Positions 1 to 8,738 of a stretch of DNA of 52,808 bases are shown here, one piece after another (within the stretch, counting starts at the first letter, position 1; each line of letters begins with the position of its first letter). The DNA is from an uncultured Acidobacteriota bacterium (GTDB lineage Bacteria; Acidobacteriota; Vicinamibacteria; Fen-336), in NCBI GenBank assembly GCA_964568755.1, contig CAZMRX010000001.1, forward strand, positions 1-52,808, read 5' to 3'. The position numbers and the translations under genes were made by a program. The notes under the pieces were generated by a model. The model had not been told where the DNA came from. It searched no databases and worked only from the letters and a program-made list of their open reading frames with translations.

Positions 1-4
1 GACG

Positions 5-1282
5 GTGGTCGAGAAGATCCTGTCCCGGGCCAACGGGCGCGACGCGCTGCGGCCTGGCGACGTGGTAGAGCCGGCCGTGGACCTGGCGCTGTCGCACGAG
101 AACGCCGCGCTCGTGATCAACCAGTGGAACGAGGTCTACGCGGGCACCGGCCTCGAGCCGAGGCTGTGGGACCCGGCGAAGATCGCGATCGTGCTCGACC
201 ACCGCGTCCCTGCCGAGTCGCCCAAGACCGCGAGCAACCAGAAGAAGGTGCGCGAGTTCGTGGCGAAGCACGGCATCAGCCGCTTCCACGACATCCGCGG
301 CGACGAGGGCGGGATCTGCCACCAGATCCTCCCGGAGAACGGCTACGTGCGGCCCGGCTCGATCGTCGTCGGCACCGACTCCCACACCACCAGCCACGGC
401 GCGCTCAACGCCTTCGCCTTCGGCATCGGCGCGACCGAGATGGCCTCGGTCTGGGCGCTCGGCCGGGCTCTGAACGTCGAGGTGCCGCGGACGATCAAGG
501 TCGTGGTCGAGGGCCGCTTCCCGAAAGGCGTCGGCCCCAAGGACCTGATCCTCCACCTGGTGGGCCTGCTCACCGCCCAAGGCGCGAACTTCCGCGTGAT
601 CGAGTTCCACGGCGGGACGATCCGCGCCATGTCCACCTCCGGCCGGCTGGTGCTGTGCAACATGAGCGTGGAGGCCGGCGCCACATCGGGAGTCGTTCCC
701 GGCGACGAGGAGACCGTCCGCTACCTGCGGCGCACGGCGGGCGTGCGGGAGCTCTTCGTGCTGGTCAAGCCCGACAAGGACGCCGTCTACGAGCGCGAGA
801 TCCGCCTCGACGCCTCCTCGCTCGCGCCCCAGGTCGCCTGTCCGCACACCGTTGACAACGTCAAGCCGGTGGACGCGGTGCTCGGCACGCGGGTGCACCA
901 GATCGTGATCGGCTCGTGCACCAACGGGCGCCTCGACGACATCGAGGCGGCCGCCCGGATCCTGCGCGGCCGCAAGCTGGCGAGGGGCACGCGCATGCTG
1001 GTCTTCCCGGCGTCGGCTCGCATCTTCCAGCAGGCGCTCGACAAGGGCTACGTGCTCGACCTGATGAAGGCGGGGGCCGTGGTGATGAACTCGGGCTGCG
1101 GCCCGTGCCTCGGCGTTCACGAGGGCGCGCTCGGGGACGGCGAGGTGGCGCTCTCGACGACCAACCGCAACTTCAAGGGACGCATGGGCAACCCGAACGC
1201 GGAGGTCTACCTCTGCTCGCCCGAGGTGGCGGCGGCCTCGGCTCTCACCGGGGTCATCAGCGACCCCAGGAAGGTGGCGTGA
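5..1282 (+). CDS. leuC: 3-isopropylmalate dehydratase / homoaconitase-type large subunit (aconitase family, type 2)
   Basis: 425-aa ORF from GTG at 5 with N-terminus MVEKILSRA. Carries aconitase-family Fe-S and substrate motifs GTDSHT, IGSCTNGR and GCGPCLG. Its TGA stop overlaps the GTG of the small-subunit gene (GTGA). Confidence 0.85.
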   Translation: MVEKILSRANGRDALRPGDVVEPAVDLALSHENAALVINQWNEVYAGTGLEPRLWDPAKIAIVLDHRVPAESPKTASNQKKVREFVAKHGISRFHDIRGDEGGICHQILPENGYVRPGSIVVGTDSHTTSHGALNAFAFGIGATEMASVWALGRALNVEVPRTIKVVVEGRFPKGVGPKDLILHLVGLLTAQGANFRVIEFHGGTIRAMSTSGRLVLCNMSVEAGATSGVVPGDEETVRYLRRTAGVRELFVLVKPDKDAVYEREIRLDASSLAPQVACPHTVDNVKPVDAVLGTRVHQIVIGSCTNGRLDDIEAAARILRGRKLARGTRMLVFPASARIFQQALDKGYVLDLMKAGAVVMNSGCGPCLGVHEGALGDGEVALSTTNRNFKGRMGNPNAEVYLCSPEVAAASALTGVISDPRKVA

Positions 1283-1785
1283 TCGTGGCGAAGGTGATTG
1301 CGACTCTCGGCGACGACGTCTCGACGGACGTCATCTACCCCGGGCGCTACATGGCGACCGTGCTGCCCGGCGAGACCCCGCAGCACGCCTTCGCGGACGA
1401 CGTCGAGCTCAACCGCCGCCTCAGGTCGAAGGAGGTCCCGCCCGGCAGCGTGATCGTGGCCGGCGAGAACTTCGGCTGCGGCTCCTCGCGCGAGCAGGCC
1501 TGCTCCTGCCTCAAGGGCTACGAGCTCACCGTCGTGGCCCAGGGCTTCGCGCGCATCTTCCTGCAGAACGCCGTCAACCTCGGGCTCAACGTCGTGACGG
1601 CGCCGGACGTCTCTGCCTCCGAGGGCGACGAGCTGGAGATCACGGCCGCCGCGGTCGTCAACCGGACGACCGGCGAGTCGTTCAGCGTCGTTCCCCTGCC
1701 GAAGGCGCGCCAGGCCATCATCGAGGCCGGCGGCCTGATCGCCTACACCCGACAGCGCGTGCTCGAGACGACCGGCAAGGGCTGA
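1279..1785 (+). CDS. leuD: 3-isopropylmalate dehydratase small subunit
   Basis: In-frame GTG at 1279 overlaps the leuC stop. Product VIVAKVIATLGDDVSTDVIYPGRYM...GENFGCGSSREQA is a typical short LeuD/HacB swivel domain. Confidence 0.8.
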   Translation: MIVAKVIATLGDDVSTDVIYPGRYMATVLPGETPQHAFADDVELNRRLRSKEVPPGSVIVAGENFGCGSSREQACSCLKGYELTVVAQGFARIFLQNAVNLGLNVVTAPDVSASEGDELEITAAAVVNRTTGESFSVVPLPKARQAIIEAGGLIAYTRQRVLETTGKG

Positions 1786-1795
1786 TGGCGGCGCC

Positions 1796-3661
1796 ATGCT
1801 GGCCACCGTGAAGAGCCCTCGGCAGCGGGCCGACAGCTTCCTGCGTGACGCCGTCCAGTTTCGCCTCGGGGCGCTCGTCACCGAGGCCTCGCACCCCCGC
1901 TCGGCTGCGCTCGGCGAAACCGCCCGCCGGGACGCGGCGGCCGGCCTCGGCGTGCTCTTCGACGTGGACCGCGACGTCGTCCTGACCTACGACCGCTGGT
2001 CCCGCAGCGGCCAGCCCGAGCAGCTGCGCGATCGCCTCGTCGAGGCCCTCGAGGGCGGAGGCCGGGTGTTCTTCACGGGCTGCGGCGCCACCGGACGGCT
2101 GAGCATCCAGCTCGCCTCGACCTGGCGCGCGTTCTGGTTGGAGAGACGGCAACGCGGCCTTCTGGCCCCGGACCCCGACGCCTGGGAGGAGCGGGCCGTC
2201 AGCGTCATGGCGGGCGGCGACTACGCGCTCGTCAAGTCGGTGGAAGGCTTCGAGGACTTCGCTCCTTTCGGTCGCAAGCAGATCCGGGACCTCGGCGTCT
2301 CGAAAGGCGACGTGGTGTTCGCGATCACCGAGGGCGGCGAGACCTCTTTCGTGATCGGCACCGCCTGGCAGGGGCTCGAGGCGGGCGCGCGGGTGGTGTT
2401 CGTCTACAACAACCCCGACGAGTTGCTGCGGGCCCACGTCACGCGCAGCCGCGAGGTCCTCGACGAGCCCCGGATCCTCAAGGTCAACCTGACCACCGGG
2501 CCGATGGCGATCACCGGCTCGACGCGCATGCAGGCCACCAGCATCGAGCTGCTGGCGATGCTCACCGTCGTCGAGATGGCGCTGCGCGAGATCCTCGACC
2601 GCCGCGGAGCGAGCGAGCCCGGCGTCGGCCCCTCGGCGGAGGTGCCCGAGGCGATCCGGAACGGCCTGCGCGCGGTCCACGCCGAGCTCGCGGGCGAGCG
2701 CCTGCGCGAGGCTCTGGCACGCCTCGTCGTCGCCGAGGAAGAGGTCTACCGCAGAGGGCAAAGGACCTCCTACTTCGCCGACACGCTCGCGGTCGACGTG
2801 CTCACGGACACCACCGAGCGGAGCCCGACTTTCTGCACGCCCGCCTTCCGCAAGTGGGACGACGCGGAGGCTTCCGAGTCGTGGGCGTTCCTGTTCACCC
2901 CGGCGCCGACGAGCGAGCAGGCCTGGACGCGGCTGCTGCGGCGCGAGCCACAGGCGATCGAGTGGACCGAGAGCCAGCTGCGCGCGCTGCTCGACGAGGA
3001 GTCCACGGAGCGGCAGGCCGCGATCCTGCACGAGATCCGCAGGAGCGAGCTGCTGCGGTTCCGGATCGGCCTCGACGGCCTCCGCGACCGGCCGGCTCGC
3101 GCCGGCGACGGCGTCACGGCGGTGGCGGCGGAGGCGGACCTGCCGTTGCTCGAGGCGGGCGGAGCCTTCGCCCGCCAGCTCGCGTCGGCGCGCGCGGCGG
3201 GCGCGAGCGTGGCCGTGATCGGCGTTGGCCGGCGCCCGTTCAGCGAGCGGCTCGGCGCCCTCGCCGCCGCCACGGCGAGCCAGGGGTTGACGGTGTGCCT
3301 CGAGGTGCCCGAGACGCGCTTCCTGACCGACCCGCTGACGCGCATCGGGGTGAAGCTGCTGCTGAACGCGCTCTCGACCTGCACGATGGCCAGGCTCGGC
3401 CGCGTGCTCGGCAACCGGATGATCTGGGTCGTCCCCAGCAACCTGAAGCTCATCGACCGCTCGACCCGCTACATCCGCGACCTCGCCTCGGTTTCTTACG
3501 AGGACGCGTGCCGGGCGCTGTTCGAGGTGATCGAGTACGTGGAGCCCCGGCGGCGCGCGGGCAAGGCGTACCCGGCGCCCGTGGGCGTCGCCACCATGCG
3601 CCTGCGCCACGGGCTGAGCCTCGAGGCGGCGGAGGCGAGGCTGGTCCGCGAGCTGGCCTGA
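1796..3661 (+). CDS. Tandem-SIS protein of the MurQ / glucokinase-regulatory-protein (GCKR) superfamily
   Basis: 621-aa ORF. The N-terminal half has MurQ-like motifs (LVTEASHP, FFTGCGATGRLS, GSTRMQATSIELL). The C-terminal half has a second MurQ-like block (RIGVKLLLNALSTCTMARLGRVLGNRMIWVVPSNLKLIDRSTRYI). It is about twice the length of MurQ, like eukaryotic GCKR. Confidence 0.6.
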   Translation: MLATVKSPRQRADSFLRDAVQFRLGALVTEASHPRSAALGETARRDAAAGLGVLFDVDRDVVLTYDRWSRSGQPEQLRDRLVEALEGGGRVFFTGCGATGRLSIQLASTWRAFWLERRQRGLLAPDPDAWEERAVSVMAGGDYALVKSVEGFEDFAPFGRKQIRDLGVSKGDVVFAITEGGETSFVIGTAWQGLEAGARVVFVYNNPDELLRAHVTRSREVLDEPRILKVNLTTGPMAITGSTRMQATSIELLAMLTVVEMALREILDRRGASEPGVGPSAEVPEAIRNGLRAVHAELAGERLREALARLVVAEEEVYRRGQRTSYFADTLAVDVLTDTTERSPTFCTPAFRKWDDAEASESWAFLFTPAPTSEQAWTRLLRREPQAIEWTESQLRALLDEESTERQAAILHEIRRSELLRFRIGLDGLRDRPARAGDGVTAVAAEADLPLLEAGGAFARQLASARAAGASVAVIGVGRRPFSERLGALAAATASQGLTVCLEVPETRFLTDPLTRIGVKLLLNALSTCTMARLGRVLGNRMIWVVPSNLKLIDRSTRYIRDLASVSYEDACRALFEVIEYVEPRRRAGKAYPAPVGVATMRLRHGLSLEAAEARLVRELA

Positions 3662-3774
3662 TTCACTTCCCCGCCGTACCAGTCCGCACGCCGCCAGGCA
3701 TGCCCACGCAGGCGCGCCTCGACGCTCGCGCGCAGGCATCCTGCCGAGACTGCGATGGCGCAGGTGGCCTAGGG

Positions 3775-3780
3775 TAGACT
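3775..3780 (+). promoter_or_regulatory. -10-like hexamer TAGACT upstream of the symporter gene
   Basis: TAGACTCGG lies 38 nt before the ATG at 3818. GAGG sits 6 nt before that ATG. The same 9-mer TAGACTCGG recurs at 36618. No clear -35 element. Confidence 0.3.
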
Positions 3781-3817
3781 CGGGCGCCGGTCGAGGGGAA
3801 TCCAAGCGAGGTCGCGG

Positions 3818-5185
3818 ATGCTCGAAACGCTGGGGGCGTGGCACGGCGTCGTGAACGGCTGGGTCTGGGGCCCGGTCACCATGGCGCTGCTGATGGGGAC
3901 CGGCGTCTACCTGACGCTGCTCACCCGCGGCGTGCAGTTCCGCTGGCTGGCCAAGGCGCTGCGGGAAGTGCTGGGACAGGTCTTCTCGAAGTCGCGCGCC
4001 GAGGGCACGGTGTCGCCGTTCCAGGCGGTGGCGACCGCGCTCGCCTCGACCGTCGGCGTCGGCAACATCGCGGGCGTCTCGACGGCGATCACGATCGGCG
4101 GGCCGGGCGCGCTGTTCTGGCTGATGGTCTCGGGGCTGCTCGGGATGGCCACCAAGTTCGCCGAGGTCGTGCTCGCGCTCACCTATCGCGAGAAGGACGC
4201 GGACGGCACCTGGCGCGGCGGCGCCATGTACATCCTGAAGAACGGGCTCGGAAAGCCCTGGCTCGGGACGCTGTTTGCCCTGCTCACGGCGCTCGCGGCC
4301 TTCGGCATCGGCAACATGGTCCAGGCCAACAGCGTCGCCGAGTCGATGAAGGCGAGCTTCGGCGTCTCGCCGGTCGTGAGCGGCGTCGTGATCGTCGCGC
4401 TCACCGCGGTCGTGATCCTGGGCGGCATCACGCGCATCGCCGAGGTCACGCAGTTCCTGGTGCCCTTCATGTGCATCTCCTACCTGATCGGCGCTGCCGT
4501 GATCCTGACGACGCACGTGGGCGACCTGCCGGCCGTGTTCGAGACCGTCCTGACCTCGGCCTTCACCGGCCACGCGGCGGTCGGCGGCTTCGCCGGGGCG
4601 GGCGTGATGCAGGCCATGCGCTTCGGGATCGCCCGCGGCCTGTTCAGCAACGAGGCCGGCCTCGGCTCGGCGCCGATGGTCCACGCGACGGCGCGCACCG
4701 ACCACCCGGTGCGCCAGGGTCTCTACGGCATCTTCGAGGTGTTCGTGGACACGATCCTGGTCTGCGCCTCGACCGGCCTGGTGGTGCTGGTCACCGGCGA
4801 GTGGTCCAAGGGCGCCACGGGCGCGGCGCTCGCGGCGAAGGCCTTCGAGACGGGGCTGCCCGGCGTGTGGGGCGACGTGGTGGTGACGACCGGCATCCTC
4901 ACTTTCGCGTTCTCCACCCTGCTCGGCTGGTCCTTCTATGGCGAGACCGCGACCGCGTACCTCTTCGGGACGAAGTCGATCCTGCCCTACCGCCTGCTGT
5001 GGCTCGTCGCCGCGTACCTCGGCGCCACCGGCTCGCTGCACGTCGTGTGGGACGTCGCCGACACGCTCAACGGCCTGATGGCCCTGCCGAACCTGGTCGC
5101 GCTCCTGGTCCTGAGCCCGGTGGTCGCGCGCTCGCTTCGCGAGTTCGCGGAGCGGGAGGCCGCGGCGGCGGGACGCTCGCGGTAG
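3818..5185 (+). CDS. Alanine/glycine:cation symporter (AGCS family)
   Basis: 455-aa polytopic ORF with the AGCS hallmark SPFQAVATALASTVGVGNIAGVSTAI near the N-terminus. It also has FSNEAGLGSAP and about 11 hydrophobic segments. Confidence 0.85.
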   Translation: MLETLGAWHGVVNGWVWGPVTMALLMGTGVYLTLLTRGVQFRWLAKALREVLGQVFSKSRAEGTVSPFQAVATALASTVGVGNIAGVSTAITIGGPGALFWLMVSGLLGMATKFAEVVLALTYREKDADGTWRGGAMYILKNGLGKPWLGTLFALLTALAAFGIGNMVQANSVAESMKASFGVSPVVSGVVIVALTAVVILGGITRIAEVTQFLVPFMCISYLIGAAVILTTHVGDLPAVFETVLTSAFTGHAAVGGFAGAGVMQAMRFGIARGLFSNEAGLGSAPMVHATARTDHPVRQGLYGIFEVFVDTILVCASTGLVVLVTGEWSKGATGAALAAKAFETGLPGVWGDVVVTTGILTFAFSTLLGWSFYGETATAYLFGTKSILPYRLLWLVAAYLGATGSLHVVWDVADTLNGLMALPNLVALLVLSPVVARSLREFAEREAAAAGRSR

Positions 5186-5204
5186 CGTCTCTGGAGCGGG
5201 ACGC

Positions 5205-6338
5205 GTGAAGGTCGCGGTGGTGGGGGCGGGCCCGGCGGGGTCGCTGCTCTCCTACCATCTCGCCCGCGACGGCGCGGCTGTCACCGCATTCGACGCCTCG
5301 CACCCGCGCGAGAAGCCCTGCGGCGGCGGCGTCACGGGCAAGGCGCTGGCGCTGCTGCCGCCTTCTCCGCCCGACGATCCGCTGCCGGCTCGCTTCGTGG
5401 ACGCCTGCCGTTTCGAGTCGGGGCTGGGCGAGGCCGTAGAGGTGCCGCTCGCACGAGCCGTGGCGGTGGCCTCGCGCCGCGAGCTGGACGCGTGGCTGCT
5501 GCGTCGGGCGACCGAGGCCGGAGCGCTCCACGCGGCCGAGCGGGTGGTGGAGGTCGACGCGTCCGGACGCGTCCGCACCAGCGCGGGTCGCGACGAGCGC
5601 TTCGACCTGATCGTCGGGGCCGACGGCGCCGGGAGCCTCGTGCGCCGCACCTTCCTGGAGCCGACGCCGACCGCCCGCCTGCACATGGCCGTCGGCTGGT
5701 TCGCCCGAGGCGCGGCGCCGATGCTGGTCCGCTTCGCGCCGGACCTCCGAGGCTATCTCTGGCTGTTTCCCCGTCCCGACCACGTGGGCGTCGGAATCGC
5801 CGCGCCCCTGGCCCTCGTTCCCACGCGCCAGCTTCTCGGCCGGCTCGAGGCGGAGGTGGCGCGCCACTTCCCCGCCCTCGTCGACGACGACGCGGGCCGC
5901 TACGCCCACACCATCCCTTCGCCCTCCGCCGACCCGCGGTCGATCCTGGAGATCGCGGGGAAGGGCTTCGCCCTGGTCGGCGACGCCGCCGCGCTCGTCG
6001 ACCCGATCACGGGCGAAGGCATCTACTACGCGCTCCGGTCCGCGCGCGTGCTCGCCGACACGCTGCGGGCGGAGGGCGCCCCGGCTCGCTATCCCGAGCG
6101 GGCGCTCGAGGACTTCGGCCGCGAGCTGCTGAAGGCAGCCGCCTTGAGCGACCGCTTCTACGCGCCGGGCTTCTCGCGCCGCATGGTCGCGTACGCGGGG
6201 CAAAGCCGGGCGATCCGTAACGTCCTCGGCGACCTGGTGCTCGGCGATCAGGGATACGTCGGGCTGAAGCGGCGCCTGCTGCGGGCCGGCCCCCGCTTCC
6301 TGCTCGAGGCCGGTCTCCACCGCCTCACTTCGGCTTGA
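5205..6338 (+). CDS. Geranylgeranyl-reductase-family FAD-dependent oxidoreductase
   Basis: 377 aa. N-terminal Rossmann motif VVGAGPAGS followed by EKPCGGGV and later GDAAALVDPITGEGI, the typical pattern of geranylgeranyl reductase / FixC-like flavoproteins. Confidence 0.7.
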   Translation: MKVAVVGAGPAGSLLSYHLARDGAAVTAFDASHPREKPCGGGVTGKALALLPPSPPDDPLPARFVDACRFESGLGEAVEVPLARAVAVASRRELDAWLLRRATEAGALHAAERVVEVDASGRVRTSAGRDERFDLIVGADGAGSLVRRTFLEPTPTARLHMAVGWFARGAAPMLVRFAPDLRGYLWLFPRPDHVGVGIAAPLALVPTRQLLGRLEAEVARHFPALVDDDAGRYAHTIPSPSADPRSILEIAGKGFALVGDAAALVDPITGEGIYYALRSARVLADTLRAEGAPARYPERALEDFGRELLKAAALSDRFYAPGFSRRMVAYAGQSRAIRNVLGDLVLGDQGYVGLKRRLLRAGPRFLLEAGLHRLTSA

Positions 6339-7353
6339 AGCCTGCGGGCAGCGCCACGTCCGCGGCCGTCGCGTCCGGCGTCACCCGCAGCAGCTCGTGC
6401 GCCGAGGTGAGCAGCATGGTGCGAGGGTCGGCCGGGTCGCCGGCGGCCTTCTTGAACATCTGCTTGGCCAGGAAGCCGGAGATGCCGGTGTCGGCCTTCT
6501 GGGCGTCCTTCTCGGCCGCGGCCACCTGCTCTGCGCTCTTGATCGCGGTCAGCGTGAGCGTCGTAGCGACCGTCGTTCCCTCCAGGTCCACCTTCTCGGT
6601 CTCGGCCTGCAGCTTCTGCATCGCCTGCATCGCGCCCGGGTACATCGCGGCGAGCGTCGCCATCTGTTGGGCCGAGGCCGTGCCCGACGCGGCGCCGTAG
6701 AGCTCGGCCATCTTCTGTGCGTAACGCCGGTTCCAGGCCGCGAGCTCGTCGAGCTCCGGAAGCCTGGGCACGAGCCAGATGTCGTTCCGGAACAGCAACC
6801 CGCCGGCTTGCTGCACCGAGCGGCCCTTCTCACGAACCGTAGCGCGGAGGATCACGAGGCGCGCCTCGTGCCCGGCGATCTCGCGCTTCTCGGCGGTCTT
6901 CGAGGCCTCGAAATCGACCTCGAACTCCTTCGCTGCGGCGTCCGTCGCCGCGCCTTGCTGGGCCGGCTGCTGCGACGGCTGCTGGCTCGCCTTCTGCTTC
7001 TCCTTCTCGGCCTTGGCGAGCGCCTCCTCGAAGCGCTGCTTCAGCTCCGCGAAGGTGGTGACGCTGTAGGTCTTCTTCTTGAAGTCGAGATCGTAGACCG
7101 CGCCTTCCGCGAGGTCCACGATCTGCCCCGTCTCGCCGCCCTTCACGAGCCGGCGTTCGCCAAGAACGGCGGTCGTGGTGACGATGCCTTCCTTGGCGGC
7201 CTTGCCGCCGCCGAACAGGCCCATGATCCCGCCGAGCGGCCCGCCGAGCTGGAAACGGGTCTTCTCCTCGGTCTTGACCCCGCCCTCCGCGAAGGACGAA
7301 CCCGTCGCTGCGAGCGCGACCGCCAATGCAAGACGCGCGAGACCTCTTTCCAT
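6325..7353 (-). CDS. Secreted hypothetical protein (signal peptide, Lys/Glu/Gln-rich central linker)
   Basis: ATG at 7353 is preceded by GGGAGGAAGCG (SD). N-terminus MERGLARLALAVALAATGSSFAEG is a signal peptide. I did not recognise a family. The upstream part of the 426-aa track ORF is Pro/Arg-rich junk. Confidence 0.5.
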   Translation of the reverse strand: MERGLARLALAVALAATGSSFAEGGVKTEEKTRFQLGGPLGGIMGLFGGGKAAKEGIVTTTAVLGERRLVKGGETGQIVDLAEGAVYDLDFKKKTYSVTTFAELKQRFEEALAKAEKEKQKASQQPSQQPAQQGAATDAAAKEFEVDFEASKTAEKREIAGHEARLVILRATVREKGRSVQQAGGLLFRNDIWLVPRLPELDELAAWNRRYAQKMAELYGAASGTASAQQMATLAAMYPGAMQAMQKLQAETEKVDLEGTTVATTLTLTAIKSAEQVAAAEKDAQKADTGISGFLAKQMFKKAAGDPADPRTMLLTSAHELLRVTPDATAADVALPAGFKPK

Positions 7354-7440
7354 CGCTTCCTCCCATGCCCGGTGGGGTGACAGCGCCGGCCCCCCTACTT
7401 TAGCGCCGGGCGACCGCGCGGCGTGTGCGGGCGCGCGCCG

Positions 7441-7446
7441 TAGAAT
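7441..7446 (+). promoter_or_regulatory. -10-like hexamer TAGAAT (TAGAATCAG), 5 nt before a GTG start
   Basis: AT-rich hexamer in a very GC-rich context. The 9-mer TAGAATCAG recurs at 15510-15518 (minus strand) and 33217-33225. GTG at 7452 sits where a transcription start is expected. Confidence 0.45.
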
Positions 7447-7451
7447 CAGCC

Positions 7452-8663
7452 GTGACTTCGGCGCGGCGTCCCCCCGGGACGTTCTGGTGGCTCCTGGCGC
7501 TGGCGGCGGGCTTCGCCGCGCTCGCGGTGGTCGGCTATCGGGCGCGGGATCCGGACTCGCGTCTCTATGCCGAGATCTCGGCTCGGATGGCGGAGGCTCC
7601 CCCACGCACCTGGATCGCGCCCGAGTTCCCGCCGGGCTGGTTCATGAGCGGCCACTTCCGCGAGCACCCGGCGGGGCTGTTCGTGCCCGCCGCGGCACTG
7701 GCGGCGCTCGGCTATCCGCCCGCACAGGCCGCCTACGCGATGAACGCCGTCTACCAGGTGCTGGGGATCGTGCTCCTGCAGCGGCTGGCCGCGACGCTCG
7801 TGCCGGGAGTGGAAGCCCGTGCGCTCGGCTGGCTGATCCAGCTGCTGCCGATCGCCTTCACCTTCCGGATCCGCGCGAACCACGAGGCGGCGCTGCTGCT
7901 GTGCCTGCTGGCCGCCCTCTACGGCACCGAGCGCGCGCGCCGCGAGCCGCGCTTCGTGCTGCTGACGGTGGCGGGACTCGTCGGCCTGCTGCTCGTGAAG
8001 GGCCTGCTGGCGGCATTCGGGCCCGTGCTCTGCGTACTGTGGCTCGTGGCGCGGCGGCTCGCGTCCGGCGAACGCCCGGCGTCGGATCGCGGGGCCTGGC
8101 TCGGGATCGCGGCCGGGGTCCTGGCCATGGCCGCGACAGCCGCCGTTTACGAGCTCCTGTATCGGCAGGCGGCGGGCGAGCCGTTCTGGTCCTTCTATGC
8201 GACCCGACAGCTCGGGGTCGCGGCCGAAAGCGACGCGGCCTCGGGCGTGGTTGGAGTGCTCTACGGCCTCGCCTGGTATCTCGGGCGCGCGATCTGGTTC
8301 CCCTTCCCCTGGAGCGTGATCCTGCTGGTGGCCGTGTGGCGAGCCTTCGCTCGAGGAGGGTTGCTTCGCGAGTCAGCCCCGTCCGACGCGGGCACGCGCG
8401 CGGGCGCGCTCTTCACGGCGGCCGTCGTCGCGCTCTACGTGGGGCTGTTCAGCCTCTCCGACCGCCGCGCCGACCGCTACATCTTCCCGGTCTACTACGC
8501 CGTGGGGACCGCGGGAGGAATCGCGGCGCTGCGGCTCGTGCCGTCGCTGCGCCGCCTCGGGGAGAGACTCGACCGGCCCTGGCTGCCGGCGGCCGTGTGG
8601 GCCGCGACGTTCGCGGCCCACCTCTTCGCCGGACGCCTCGGCCTGCCCACCGTCAAGCTGTAG
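7452..8663 (+). CDS. GT-C type membrane glycosyltransferase (ArnT / PMT, GT39/GT83-like)
   Basis: Polytopic membrane ORF with an N-terminal pattern typical of ArnT-like enzymes (first TM, then ...RARDPDSRLYAEISARMAE...) and about 10 hydrophobic segments. Start chosen at GTG 7452 because of the adjacent -10 box. The alternative GTG at 7425 is used by the ORF track. Confidence 0.5.
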   Translation: MTSARRPPGTFWWLLALAAGFAALAVVGYRARDPDSRLYAEISARMAEAPPRTWIAPEFPPGWFMSGHFREHPAGLFVPAAALAALGYPPAQAAYAMNAVYQVLGIVLLQRLAATLVPGVEARALGWLIQLLPIAFTFRIRANHEAALLLCLLAALYGTERARREPRFVLLTVAGLVGLLLVKGLLAAFGPVLCVLWLVARRLASGERPASDRGAWLGIAAGVLAMAATAAVYELLYRQAAGEPFWSFYATRQLGVAAESDAASGVVGVLYGLAWYLGRAIWFPFPWSVILLVAVWRAFARGGLLRESAPSDAGTRAGALFTAAVVALYVGLFSLSDRRADRYIFPVYYAVGTAGGIAALRLVPSLRRLGERLDRPWLPAAVWAATFAAHLFAGRLGLPTVKL

Positions 8664-8665
8664 TC

Positions 8666-8715
8666 AGCGGCGTTTCGCGCAAGATCCGTGGTCGTTGTCG
8701 AAGCGGAACGCCGCT
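8666..8715. terminator. Possible bidirectional hairpin between convergent genes
   Basis: AGCGGCGTT (8666-8674) pairs with AACGCCGCT (8707-8715), giving a 9-bp stem with a long loop, followed by TTCT. It lies in the 75-bp gap between the glycosyltransferase and the Omp85-fusion gene ends. Confidence 0.3.
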
Positions 8716-8738
8716 TTCTGGAAGGCTTGCCCCTCGGC

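Noticed and set aside
3662-3817. Possible glycine riboswitch upstream of the alanine/glycine symporter
   Set aside because: The context is attractive, but I could not find the conserved GGAGAG...ACCGAAGGGGCAA...CUCAGGCAA-type elements, and only a weak GGUCGAGGGGAAU resemblance is present. Worth a cmsearch (RF00504) but not reportable.
1718-5041. 1107-aa minus-strand ORF covering the SIS-protein and symporter genes
   Set aside because: It is antisense to two ORFs with clear family motifs. The product is Arg/Gly/Ala/Pro/Asp-rich low-complexity sequence, typical of shadow ORFs in very GC-rich DNA.
6325-7605. N-terminal 84-codon extension of the secreted protein ORF (start at 7605)
   Set aside because: The extension is Pro/Arg/Ser-rich. 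An internal ATG at 7353 has a strong SD and is immediately followed by a signal peptide.
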